Shown here piece after piece: positions 1 through 8,045 of a stretch of DNA of 42,795 bases. The notes beneath the pieces were generated by a model. The model was not told the DNA's origin. It did no database searches and worked only from the letters and a program-made list of their open reading frames with translations. The stretch covers positions 1 to 42,795 of IMG/VR virus record IMGVR_UViG_3300049924_000195, one strand, 5' to 3'. This DNA comes from a virus (taxonomy: Duplodnaviria; Caudoviricetes). How positions within the stretch are numbered: position 1 is the first letter of the stretch; every line of letters begins with the position of its first letter. The position numbers and the translations under genes are program-made.

Positions 1-332
1 AGGCGCGACTGCAAAAGATCGCCGACGAAGTGGCTGCCCGCGATCGCGCCGAATGGGAAAAGCAGCAAGCCGCGCTGCCCAAGGATGAGCCGCCCCCGCC
101 GCCCCCGAAGCCGCCAGAGCCGGTCAAGGTCAAGAGCGGCGGCGCGCAAGGCAAGGCCGTGCACCTGCGCACCTACAAGGTCGCGACCATCACCGACTAC
201 GACAAGGCGTTGGTGGCGCTCAAAGATCATCCCGAATTGCGTGAGCTGGTGCAGAAGCTCGCCGACCGCGCCTGCAAGGCTGATATCCCGCTTGATGGTG
301 TCAAATACTCGACCGAACAGAGGGCAGCATAA
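1..332 (+). CDS. 5'-truncated allele of the 325-aa early protein at 41230-42207
   Basis: C-terminus EPVKVKSGGAQGKAVxLRTYKVATITDYDKAL...EQRAA is shared with 41230-42207. Confidence 0.85.
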   Translation, partial: ARLQKIADEVAARDRAEWEKQQAALPKDEPPPPPPKPPEPVKVKSGGAQGKAVHLRTYKVATITDYDKALVALKDHPELRELVQKLADRACKADIPLDGVKYSTEQRAA

Positions 333-514
333 TGGACAAGTACCTAGAGCGCGAAGAGGACATGCTTACCGAACAGCTAAATCGCGGTCACATCACGGAT
401 CAGGAATACAACCGGCTGATGCGCGAGTTACACAGAGATTATGCGGACCAGGCGCGAGACGCAGCCCGCGAAGCGGCTGAAGAAGCCTACGCCCGCGAAC
501 TTGACAGGTGGTGA
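332..514 (+). CDS. Small acidic helical hypothetical protein (left allele only)
   Basis: 60-aa ORF with TAATG coupling; absent between the same flanking genes at 42204-42207. Confidence 0.7.
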   Translation: MDKYLEREEDMLTEQLNRGHITDQEYNRLMRELHRDYADQARDAAREAAEEAYARELDRW

Positions 515-515
515 G

Positions 516-1361
516 ATGAGCAACGTCGCAACACTACGTTCCGGCAGCAAGCCCATGGGCATCGTGCCGCAGAGCTTCGAGGATGTTCAGCGCCTAGCCA
601 CCATGGCTGTAGCGAGCGGCCTATGGAAGGGTGACCGCAAGGATACCGACCAGCAAAAGCACGCCAAGGCCACCATGGCGATCATGCAGGGCTTGGAGTG
701 CGGCGTGCCGCCAATGCAAGCGGTGCAAAGTATTGCGGTCATCAACGGCCGTTGCGTGATGTACGGCGATCTGCTGACGGCGCTGCTGTGGGCGAACGGC
801 TTTGATGTCGAGCAGACCATAGCCGGTAACGGGGATCAGCGCACGGCGACGTGCACGATCACGCGGCCGAACGGCAAGAAGATCGTGCGCACATTCTCGC
901 GGGCAGATGCCAAGAAAGCGCGGCTGTTCGACGATCGCCCTACCGTCAAGAAACAGTGGGACGGCAAGTGGGAAGAAAAGCCGAACGACAGCCCTTGGTT
1001 CAAGTACGAGGATCGCATGCTCGGCTGGCGTGCGCTCGGCAACGCTATGAAGGACGGCGCATCGGACGTGACGCACGGGCTCATGCTGCGAGAGGAAGTC
1101 GAGGACTATTCAAACATGGTCGACGTGACGCCGAAGCCGGTGAAGTCGCTGGCGCTCGACCTGCCTGACATACCCGATCCAGCCGCCGAAGCGGTTGACG
1201 GACCCAACGATGATACGGCCAACGCCCGCAACGACATCGCCACTGCGATCAATACCGAGATGCTGGCGCATCTGCGTGAGGTCTACCCTGATGCCGATTG
1301 GGAAAACCTCGCAGCGGAATACGACGCCAAGCTCGAATCGCTCCAGGCGGCGACCGCATGA
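516..1361 (+). CDS. RecT-like single-strand annealing protein
   Basis: AIMQGLECGVPPMQAVQSIAVINGR, FSRADAKKARL and WFKYEDRMLGWRA motifs of phage RecT-type SSAPs; start ATG 516. Confidence 0.8.
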   Translation: MSNVATLRSGSKPMGIVPQSFEDVQRLATMAVASGLWKGDRKDTDQQKHAKATMAIMQGLECGVPPMQAVQSIAVINGRCVMYGDLLTALLWANGFDVEQTIAGNGDQRTATCTITRPNGKKIVRTFSRADAKKARLFDDRPTVKKQWDGKWEEKPNDSPWFKYEDRMLGWRALGNAMKDGASDVTHGLMLREEVEDYSNMVDVTPKPVKSLALDLPDIPDPAAEAVDGPNDDTANARNDIATAINTEMLAHLREVYPDADWENLAAEYDAKLESLQAATA

Positions 1362-1600
1362 CCATCCTCGATCTGATGGCCAAGGCCGAGCGATTGCAGA
1401 TCGAATTGCACGAGACACAGCGCGCGATCTGCGAGGCGGTCCAGGCGATGGCGTGTGACAGCGCGGCACTGGCGCTGACGAGTGCCGCCAAGGCGTTACG
1501 GAAGGCAGCGGCAGCCGAGGGCATCAGCCCCTCGACGCGCACCGAAATTCGATCGGCGAAACGGATGGCCGAGGCGACGCTGGGGTGGGAAGCGATATGA
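1358..1600 (+). CDS. Hypothetical protein
   Basis: ATGA overlap with the recT-like stop; helical 80-aa ORF. Confidence 0.65.
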   Translation: MTILDLMAKAERLQIELHETQRAICEAVQAMACDSAALALTSAAKALRKAAAAEGISPSTRTEIRSAKRMAEATLGWEAI

Positions 1601-1773
1601 ACTCCGACCCCGAACTAATCCAGATTGCTTTGCTGATGGCCGCAGCCGGCCACGACTTCGTACAGATTTCCAAGAGCACAGGGCTCACCTATCAGGAGGC
1701 ATATGAGATATGGCAAAAGATCCAGGCGCCCAGGGCTGGGGCGGAAAACTCAGCACCGTCCTCGAAGGTCTGA
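1597..1773 (+). CDS. Small putative HTH protein
   Basis: ATGA coupling; GHDFVQISKSTGLTYQEAYEIW resembles a helix-turn-helix. Confidence 0.5.
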   Translation: MNSDPELIQIALLMAAAGHDFVQISKSTGLTYQEAYEIWQKIQAPRAGAENSAPSSKV

Positions 1774-2030
1774 AAGTCCCGAACACGGTCACCACGCAGC
1801 CGTCGGACAACGTCATCCCGATGGACCGGACACCGCTCGACAAGATCGAAAAACACATTCGCGAGTTGATGAATTCCCGGGTCAACTGCGAGGCACACTT
1901 CGCCCGGCTGCAAGCCGAGCACGAGGAAGTCTGCTCCCACCTGCGCAGGTGGCAGGCGACGATGTCGGAGCGCATGAAGGAACTCGGCATCAAGTGCGAG
2001 ATCGTCGAGCCCTCCAGGGAGGGCGAGTGA
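1710..2030 (+). CDS. Hypothetical coiled-coil protein (start uncertain)
   Basis: ORF in operon orientation with TGATG coupling to the next gene. Confidence 0.55.
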   Translation: MAKDPGAQGWGGKLSTVLEGLKVPNTVTTQPSDNVIPMDRTPLDKIEKHIRELMNSRVNCEAHFARLQAEHEEVCSHLRRWQATMSERMKELGIKCEIVEPSREGE

Positions 2031-2236
2031 TGAGTAGGAAGAAGCGCAAGGCCGCCAAGCTTCTTGGCACCGCAGAGGCTAACAAACGGCGTGATGATGC
2101 TCAAGTGCGAGGCGATACCGAGCCGGACTGGTCGCACGAGTGCGAGGTTTGCGGCCAGCGCCCGATTGTCCCTGTGACGGGGTTGTGTGGTCCATGCACG
2201 TTCGGCGAGGCTGAGACAATCGGGGGCAATTGGTGA
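2030..2236 (+). CDS. Small Zn-finger protein
   Basis: CEVCG...LCGPC; SD GGGAGGG upstream of ATG 2030. Confidence 0.65.
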   Translation: MSRKKRKAAKLLGTAEANKRRDDAQVRGDTEPDWSHECEVCGQRPIVPVTGLCGPCTFGEAETIGGNW

Positions 2237-2315
2237 TGACCGAACTCATCGTACCGATTGCCTGTGTCGCTTGCGGCATGTGGATCGCGTGGGTTGTTCT
2301 CGGGATGGCCGGGTT

Positions 2316-2477
2316 ATGAGCGAGAAACGCAGCATATTCGAAACGCAGTTGGCCGGCGAGATCGGCCAACGCATTCGCCGCATGATCCGGCAGGGGTATT
2401 CCAACGATCGAATTGCCGAGCTGACCGGCTGCAACGTCGGCGATGTGATGTACGTGCGAACTCTGAGGGACTGGTGA
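2316..2477 (+). CDS. Small HTH DNA-binding protein
   Basis: IRRMIRQGYSNDRIAELTGCNVGDV HTH pattern; coupled start and stop. Confidence 0.6.
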   Translation: MSEKRSIFETQLAGEIGQRIRRMIRQGYSNDRIAELTGCNVGDVMYVRTLRDW

Positions 2478-2908
2478 TGCCGCGCTGTCCGCGATGTTCG
2501 TTGAAATGGGGGCAGAGCGAGGAAGAGCGCGGACTGCTGTTCGCGGTGATCGGCCTCGCGTTTGAGAACTGGCCGCACAGCCACAAGTTTCAGCCGATGG
2601 ACGCGGAGCACCTGCGGGCGTGGCTGGCGATCGAGGTCGGCCACTACGATGCTCTGACCGTCGAGCGCTTGGACGGCGAGCGCCTCGACGACATTGTCGC
2701 AATGGGCAAGTTCTTCTGCGGCGGCCGAAAGGATTTTCGCCTTGTCGGTGTCGGCGGCGGGCTCGAATTGCGCCGGCCGCGCACCATGAAAAAGGCGCTG
2801 CCGATCAAGGAATTCCGGCCGATGGCAGCGAAAATCTATGAGCTGATCGAGGCGGCCACCGGCATCACGCCGGAGAGCTACAAGGCAAACCGGGAGGCAG
2901 CAGCGTGA
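2477..2908 (+). CDS. DUF1367/NinB-like recombination accessory protein
   Basis: LFAVIGLAFENWP...EHLRAWLAIEVGHYD resembles DUF1367; nin-like context. Confidence 0.55.
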   Translation: MPRCPRCSLKWGQSEEERGLLFAVIGLAFENWPHSHKFQPMDAEHLRAWLAIEVGHYDALTVERLDGERLDDIVAMGKFFCGGRKDFRLVGVGGGLELRRPRTMKKALPIKEFRPMAAKIYELIEAATGITPESYKANREAAA

Positions 2909-3315
2909 CCTATCTAGGCGAGAAGAAGCTGGCCAATTTCCGCGACCGCGCACCGAGGCCGAAGCACAACTCAAAGGCGTACAAGCTGCGCCCCGGCATG
3001 AGTGTCGACCATCTCACTCGGATTCGCAACCTCGCCTGCTGTGTGTGCGGCAAGGCGGGCGGCGAGGCGCATCACCTGAAGGCCGGGACCGGCGAGCGCG
3101 GCATGGGGCTGAGATCCACCGACAAGTGGGCGGTGCCGATGTGCCATGCCTGCCATATGGAAGTCGAGCGCGTCGGCAGCAGGAACGAACAGGCGTGGTT
3201 TTCGGTGCGAGGAATTTACGCCTCGCTTCTCGCGATGGATCTGTGGGGCAATACCGGGGATCTCAGACGCATGGAACGGGTACTAGTGGCGCATCGGGAG
3301 TTGGGCAAGTCATGA
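2905..3315 (+). CDS. DUF968-like putative HNH nuclease
   Basis: LACCVCG..EAHHLK..GMGLRSTDKWAVPMCHACH. Confidence 0.75.
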   Translation: MTYLGEKKLANFRDRAPRPKHNSKAYKLRPGMSVDHLTRIRNLACCVCGKAGGEAHHLKAGTGERGMGLRSTDKWAVPMCHACHMEVERVGSRNEQAWFSVRGIYASLLAMDLWGNTGDLRRMERVLVAHRELGKS

Positions 3316-3596
3316 GCGATATTGTGGACGATCTGCGGGATTTGTACGTACAGGCGACCACTGATCGATCGCATTATTACGTGGCGTACACCACATTTCG
3401 CGCGCTCAATGAGATCGAGCTTTTGCGCAAGGCGCACATCTCAGCGCTGGCCGCTGTAACCGACGCGGAACGTCGGGTTGTAGCCGAGCGCGAGGCGTGC
3501 GCAAAGATCGCCGAGAAGTGGATGAGTGACGACAACCCGGTTGCGGACGTCGCTGTCACAATCGCTGACGAGATCCGCGATCGAGGTGAGTCATGA
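3312..3596 (+). CDS. Ead/Ea22-like modular hypothetical protein
   Basis: DIVDDLR..RALNEIELLR and AEREACAKIAE..IADEIRDR modules. Confidence 0.65.
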   Translation: MSDIVDDLRDLYVQATTDRSHYYVAYTTFRALNEIELLRKAHISALAAVTDAERRVVAEREACAKIAEKWMSDDNPVADVAVTIADEIRDRGES

Positions 3597-3790
3597 GCGC
3601 GCCCGCCGATACCCTGATCATCCCCACCGATCGCGGCCCGCTGCTGCTCAACCCCACGCCGGTCCTGCGCTGGTACATCGTACGTCCTCGCTGGCGTCGG
3701 GCGCAGCCACCGAAGCTGCAACAGTTATGGCGCGAGCGGGACACCGGCAACCCCTACTGGCGGGACGTGCCGACCGAAGTGGGGCGGTAG
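3593..3790 (+). CDS. Hypothetical protein, last gene of the rightward early operon
   Basis: ATGA coupling; LRW...KLQQLW...WRDVP pattern. Confidence 0.65.
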   Translation: MSAPADTLIIPTDRGPLLLNPTPVLRWYIVRPRWRRAQPPKLQQLWRERDTGNPYWRDVPTEVGR

Positions 3791-3799
3791 CCCTCCTAT

Positions 3800-3976
3800 C
3801 TATTTTCGCTTCGCAACGTCTATCGCGTCCCGCACCGCATACAGGTCCTGAAGCCCTGGAACGGTTGGGCTTCCCGGCCCAAGTTGCTTTCGCCCTTCGG
3901 GCGACCGCGTCCAGTCCAGTCGAGCGGCGATGAGGCGGTCAACGTAGTCGCTCACTCGGTCGAGCCTCTTACCCAT
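3800..3976 (-). CDS. 58-aa hypothetical protein (not in ORF track)
   Basis: MGKRLDRVSDYVDRLIAARLDW...IDVAKRK, translated by hand; distal end of the left array. Confidence 0.5.
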   Translation of the reverse strand: MGKRLDRVSDYVDRLIAARLDWTRSPEGRKQLGPGSPTVPGLQDLYAVRDAIDVAKRK

Positions 3977-3990
3977 CCGTGATGCTCATC

Positions 3991-4218
3991 TCAAGTTGCT
4001 TCTTTCGCGAGTTGCGCGAGGCGTTTGTGCGCTCCGGTCTCTGCGGCACGCTCGTCCCAAAGCCGCGCTGCGCTCGCGAATGATCCGGTCGTCTCGGTGC
4101 GGTAGCTGCATCGACAGCACTCCAGCGAGTGGCCGTCGAAATGCTTCCGCTCCGTCTTGATGCGTTTCGGCGGAGCGGAGTAATTGCACACTGGGCAGTA
4201 GCGATGCGTTGCGGCCAT
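3991..4218 (-). CDS. Lar-like (restriction alleviation) Zn-finger protein
   Basis: CPVC...ECCRC...AARLWDERA matches the Lar family pattern; TAGGAGG SD. Confidence 0.6.
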   Translation of the reverse strand: MAATHRYCPVCNYSAPPKRIKTERKHFDGHSLECCRCSYRTETTGSFASAARLWDERAAETGAHKRLAQLAKEAT

Positions 4219-4229
4219 CTGTGAGCCTC

Positions 4230-4421
4230 CTATCGAGTTGCGCCGCAGTCGCACGGGCTAGGTGCTTGTGCTGGCGAATTGTGATGGGCGCAGTCGGACG
4301 CATGATCTCCGGGCTCGATCACCGCAAGCAGCAGCGACATAATCTCATTCGCATCACCCTCACCCTCCCGTTGCGTTTCGAGTTTGGCTTTTATCTTTGA
4401 GCAGAGTTCGTCAATGGTCAT
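4230..4421 (-). CDS. Hypothetical protein with HxxDC..H..PCDCG motif
   Basis: Start ATG 4421 after TAGGGGGACTGTG; Cys/His-rich C-terminus. Confidence 0.6.
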   Translation of the reverse strand: MTIDELCSKIKAKLETQREGEGDANEIMSLLLAVIEPGDHASDCAHHNSPAQAPSPCDCGATR

Positions 4422-4431
4422 CACAGTCCCC

Positions 4432-4515
4432 CTAATTGTAAATGACCGGGGTTCTTCCACCCGCCCCGGTCTCCGGGCTCGTATGCGATGGCCTGTAGGC
4501 CTCAGGTTGCCCCAT
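4432..4515 (-). CDS. 27-aa micro-ORF
   Basis: TGAAAAGGAG...ATG; MGQPEAYRPSHTSPETGAGGRTPVIYN exactly fills the gap between neighbours. Confidence 0.4.
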   Translation of the reverse strand: MGQPEAYRPSHTSPETGAGGRTPVIYN

Positions 4516-4533
4516 CGCCGGGAATGCTCCTTT

Positions 4534-4779
4534 TCACATCTTTGGAAATCGATAGACGCCGGCATGCTTGCCGATGCTCAACCCACTGCAACGCTCATCG
4601 ACAATCCACGCACGACCAGCACGACTGACCGACTTCAACTTTGACACCTCGCGCTCGATATCAGCCACCGACTTCCGCTTGCGGAGAATATTGTCAAAGA
4701 TCGAAGGCTTGATGACATACTCTGTCATGAAGTCGGCGATCGTCAGCGTGCGCATCTGATCTGCTGTTGGCGTGGCCAT
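4534..4779 (-). CDS. Hypothetical protein
   Basis: 81-aa ORF with TAGGAG SD. Confidence 0.6.
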   Translation of the reverse strand: MATPTADQMRTLTIADFMTEYVIKPSIFDNILRKRKSVADIEREVSKLKSVSRAGRAWIVDERCSGLSIGKHAGVYRFPKM

Positions 4780-4790
4780 CGCAGATGCTC

Positions 4791-5024
4791 CTATCTATTG
4801 TCCGGCCGCAGCCAGATGCAAACGTCTCTCACACCTACGCTGAACTGCCGGGAGTCAATTTCGTACTCCACCACGTTGACGAAGTAGTGCCCAAGCGGTT
4901 TAAGCCAAACTTGGTCGCCAACGCGCGGGACATGATCCAGCACCACACATGCGATCGGGTCAGCACCGTCGCGCGCTTCATCATCGTTGCCGGTGCCATC
5001 GTAAAATTCGACCTTGGCAACCAT
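4791..5024 (-). CDS. Hypothetical small beta protein
   Basis: 77 aa; HVPRVGDQVWL motif; AGGAG SD. Confidence 0.65.
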   Translation of the reverse strand: MVAKVEFYDGTGNDDEARDGADPIACVVLDHVPRVGDQVWLKPLGHYFVNVVEYEIDSRQFSVGVRDVCIWLRPDNR

Positions 5025-5046
5025 TCCGCACGGCTCCTATGTTGGA

Positions 5047-5640
5047 CTAAGCAGCGCTCATGCGTCGAAAGTCGGCGTCGCTCACTGCGCTAACCACGAC
5101 CTTGGTGCCGAGGTTATCATGCCCATGAGGCACATTCTCGCGTAGCAGCCAGTCGCCCGGCTTCAGGTAGACTGGGCGGTACCCGCGACCGTAGTTGCCG
5201 TCAATATCGCGGTATTCGATACGGCGGGGGATTGGATTGGGGAACTGTTCTGCGGCGCAGTAGTCATGCCATAGCGCCAGCATTTCCTGGTCACTGCCAT
5301 CCACGTATTCCGGGCGCCAGTTGCGCTGAACGCTTTGTTCGGACTTCACAGACCACGTCGCGAACGGCAGCATCTTGCGCGCGTACCGCTCCCCGTCTTT
5401 CGGATCATATACGCAAAGCCCATCGAACGGACCGCACGCCTTGTCCGGGTCAGCCGGCACAGGATCGCGAGCAACCCCAACCCAATGTCGCGGTCGCAAC
5501 TCGGCGTAGGTGAAATAGATCAATGATCGGTCGGCAGACCAACATATTTCAGGCAGACAATTGAATGTGCCTCCCGGCAGCGGGCCGCCCTCCACCCACT
5601 GCTCGGCGTCGAGCTTCCGCGTGATCGTGATTTCTTGCAT
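5047..5640 (-). CDS. Hypothetical protein
   Basis: 197-aa ORF with TAAAAGGAG SD. Confidence 0.7.
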   Translation of the reverse strand: MQEITITRKLDAEQWVEGGPLPGGTFNCLPEICWSADRSLIYFTYAELRPRHWVGVARDPVPADPDKACGPFDGLCVYDPKDGERYARKMLPFATWSVKSEQSVQRNWRPEYVDGSDQEMLALWHDYCAAEQFPNPIPRRIEYRDIDGNYGRGYRPVYLKPGDWLLRENVPHGHDNLGTKVVVSAVSDADFRRMSAA

Positions 5641-5654
5641 GCTTGGCGCTCCTT

Positions 5655-5906
5655 TTAAGCAGCAACCTTCGCAGCGGCTGCTATCGGTTCAAGTTCAGTC
5701 CACACCGCGCCGACCATCTCGTGTTCGAGTGGACGCCAGCCGTTGATACCCTCCCAAACGCCACCGCCCCAACCGCTCCACCGCATGATGTAGAGACCAC
5801 GCGTTTGCAGAACTTTCTCAAAGCCAGGAATATAAAACAGGATGCCTTGGCTGTCTTTCGGCGCCTCGGAGAGTGGTCGCCATCTGACGGTTGAAACCAG
5901 ATGCAT
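5655..5906 (-). CDS. DUF551-like protein
   Basis: WRPLSEAPKD...W..L.P pattern. Confidence 0.6.
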   Translation of the reverse strand: MHLVSTVRWRPLSEAPKDSQGILFYIPGFEKVLQTRGLYIMRWSGWGGGVWEGINGWRPLEHEMVGAVWTELEPIAAAAKVAA

Positions 5907-5915
5907 AGCGGCTCC

Positions 5916-6587
5916 TCACGTTTTACGTTTCGCTGGCGGACGCCCGCCGGCTGACTTGCTGCCCGGCTTTCGCTTTCCGAAGATGCGCCGCGCCGTGCTC
6001 GACGATCCAAGCTCTTGCTGCAACGGCTCGGGGAACGCTTCGAACGCCATATGCTCGTTGGCGAAGGCGGCATCACGCCAGTGCTGCGCCCAACGCTTAC
6101 GTTCGGCGGCCTTGCTCTTGTGCTGCCAGCGCTCGACCACGCCGGGCAGTGCCTTGGCCCATCGCTTCGCCGCACGGTTCTGAGCAACGCGCTTCGACAT
6201 CGCCCGACCAGCCGACACGACCGACGCTGCATGTTTTACCAGATCACGCCATGATTTTCCATCGCGCGAGGTCACCCCGCTGTCGGCCTCCACTACAAAA
6301 TCAGCAGCCATCGCGACGGCCATGATCGCGGCGGCAAAGTCGGCGGTGGGGCTTTTGGTCGTCTGGCGCGTCTCGCCAATGACTTCGAGCTTGGCAACTA
6401 TCGCTGCATCGCGCGGCCGGCGCTCTAGCTGCTTGATCCATTCGTCGCGGGCTGCGTCGTCGTCGGTCGCGCTATACTCGTTGCTGATTGTGAGGTTGAG
6501 GCGTGCCGCCGCCGCCGCGCACGTCTGTCGCTGGCGCTCGACCGACAGGCCGCGAAGCGGACGGTAGAATGCCGAACAGTTTTGCAT
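5916..6587 (-). CDS. Serine-recombinase (resolvase)-fold protein with degenerate active site and C-terminal HTH-like region
   Basis: AFYRPLRGLSVERQRQTC..ISNEY..ARDEWIKQL..RPRDAAIVAKLEVIG..FVVEADSG follows resolvase motif order; SSSTARRIF and GRP near the C-terminus; catalytic YxRVS and DR motifs not intact. Confidence 0.6.
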   Translation of the reverse strand: MQNCSAFYRPLRGLSVERQRQTCAAAAARLNLTISNEYSATDDDAARDEWIKQLERRPRDAAIVAKLEVIGETRQTTKSPTADFAAAIMAVAMAADFVVEADSGVTSRDGKSWRDLVKHAASVVSAGRAMSKRVAQNRAAKRWAKALPGVVERWQHKSKAAERKRWAQHWRDAAFANEHMAFEAFPEPLQQELGSSSTARRIFGKRKPGSKSAGGRPPAKRKT

Positions 6588-6637
6588 GCAAAACCTAGTA
6601 CACGGCACTTGACAAACTGTCAAGCCTGTGCAATATT
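6579..6637. promoter_or_regulatory. Overlapping divergent sigma70-type promoters with palindromes
   Basis: CTTGACA-aac-TGTCAAG (6608-6624) gives TTGACA on both strands; leftward -10 TACTAG 17 bp away; rightward -10 candidate CAATAT/AATATT; 16-bp palindrome GTTTTGCATGCAAAAC (6579-6594) covers the ATG at 6587. Confidence 0.75.
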
Positions 6638-6686
6638 CAAGTTATCAGACCGGCGCCTCGCGGACATCAGGGGCGGAGATAGAGAT

Positions 6687-7028
6687 ATGACCAACCATCC
6701 ACACCGCAGCCGCCAGGGCGAGTACGCAATCGCGGTGCTGCGCTCTGACGTTCCTGCCGGGCAGCAGAACCACGCCAGCGGGGTGAGGACCGCCGGCGAC
6801 AAACTGGTGACGTTCGCCAGCGTTGAGGCTGCGACGAGCTACCTGCCGAAATATGTCGAGTGGGTGCGTGAGCGACACGCGGCGGATGCCAGCTGGGCGC
6901 GATATCGCAGCGCAACTGGCGATCAGGTGTTTCTGATTGTGCGCGCCGCTGATGTGTCACCGTTCGGCAATTTCCGGCCGGACGAGGTTTTCGCGACGAT
7001 CCCGCACCGAGACCTGTGGACCGTCTAA
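6687..7028 (+). CDS. First gene of the right array, hypothetical (MTNHPHRS N-terminus)
   Basis: GGAG SD, ATG 6687. Confidence 0.7.
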   Translation: MTNHPHRSRQGEYAIAVLRSDVPAGQQNHASGVRTAGDKLVTFASVEAATSYLPKYVEWVRERHAADASWARYRSATGDQVFLIVRAADVSPFGNFRPDEVFATIPHRDLWTV

Positions 7029-7045
7029 CCCCGAAAGGCCCAAAC

Positions 7046-7285
7046 GTGAAACACGCCCGCGCAGACTATGACCGCATCCAAGACCCGATGGGTAAAATCC
7101 CGGACGACGAGCCGGTGTTCCTGCTTCGAGCGCAGGACGCTTGTGCCGCGCAGCACGTCCGCGACTACGCCGACCACATCGAACTGCGAGGCGCGTCTCC
7201 CGAAATGGTTGCGATGGTTCGCGCGCACGCCGTCAAGATGGACGCCTGGCCGACCAAGAAAATCCCCGACCTCCCCAGCACCTAG
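7046..7285 (+). CDS. Phage hypothetical protein (DEPVFLLRAQD motif)
   Basis: GTG start after the linker; 79 aa. Confidence 0.7.
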   Translation: MKHARADYDRIQDPMGKIPDDEPVFLLRAQDACAAQHVRDYADHIELRGASPEMVAMVRAHAVKMDAWPTKKIPDLPST

Positions 7286-7299
7286 AAAGGCCCGCCGCC

Positions 7300-8016
7300 A
7301 TGATGCCTGAAACGCTGTCCGTTGGGACGACAGTCTACGTGCCGTCCATCACCCACAAAGAGGTGATCATGGATTGCCCGGACTGTCGCGGCGAGCACAA
7401 GTGGATCATCCGCACGCCAAGTGGACACTCGCACACGATCGAGTGTCCACGATGCAAGGGCGGCAAATCTGGATATGAGTTCCTGCGCCCAAAGCGTTAC
7501 GAGCGAACGCTGGAAATCCATGAACGCGTGATCTGCGAGGTCGAAGTGCGGCAACGCAAGGATCACAAAACCGAAGATGTACGCACGCACATCGCCTACA
7601 CCACATCGCCTCATAGCGGCAGCCTATACCCCGACAAGATCTTCACGAGCCGAGACGCTGCAGAGGATGCTGGAGCGGCAATGATGATCGAGGATGCCAA
7701 GCGCGAAAAAGCCGAATGGGAAAAAGATCAGAAGCGCGCCGAAGACCGGGCGGGACTTGATGTCATGGCTGCGCTCCAATCTCGGGCCGACAAGGCGACC
7801 GCCGATCTCAACAGCAAGATCGAACGCCTGCGCGAAGCGATGATGGAAGGCATCAAATACCCACACGGCGATGGACCGAAGTTGACCAAGACCTACGGCG
7901 GCAACAGCGAACTGACCTCGCAGTCTCTCGCCGAATGGTGCAACGAATTGCTGTCCGAAGCCGACCTTGAAACGTGGTCAGAGGAAGACCTTCACGAAGC
8001 CCTGTGCCACTGCTGA
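7300..8016 (+). CDS. Zn-finger (DnaJ-like CxxCxG) hypothetical protein
   Basis: CPDCRG...CPRCKG; ATG 7300 after the linker. Confidence 0.7.
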   Translation: MMPETLSVGTTVYVPSITHKEVIMDCPDCRGEHKWIIRTPSGHSHTIECPRCKGGKSGYEFLRPKRYERTLEIHERVICEVEVRQRKDHKTEDVRTHIAYTTSPHSGSLYPDKIFTSRDAAEDAGAAMMIEDAKREKAEWEKDQKRAEDRAGLDVMAALQSRADKATADLNSKIERLREAMMEGIKYPHGDGPKLTKTYGGNSELTSQSLAEWCNELLSEADLETWSEEDLHEALCHC

Positions 8017-8045
8017 TAAACCCGAGCAAACAAAGGCCGCTAAAA

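Larger units (their letters stand above)
1..1107 (+). repeat. Left copy of imperfect terminal redundancy (matches 41834-42795)
   Basis: Same genes in the same order with SNPs and indels; 987-1107 is identical to 42675-42795. Confidence 0.95.

Noticed and set aside
1-1107. True direct terminal repeat or DGR template/variable repeat pair
   Set aside because: The copies differ by a gene-sized indel and by substitutions not restricted to adenines; no reverse transcriptase is present
5916-6587. Functional phage integrase
   Set aside because: Too short for a large serine integrase, lacks the recombinase and Zn-ribbon domains, and the catalytic motifs are degenerate
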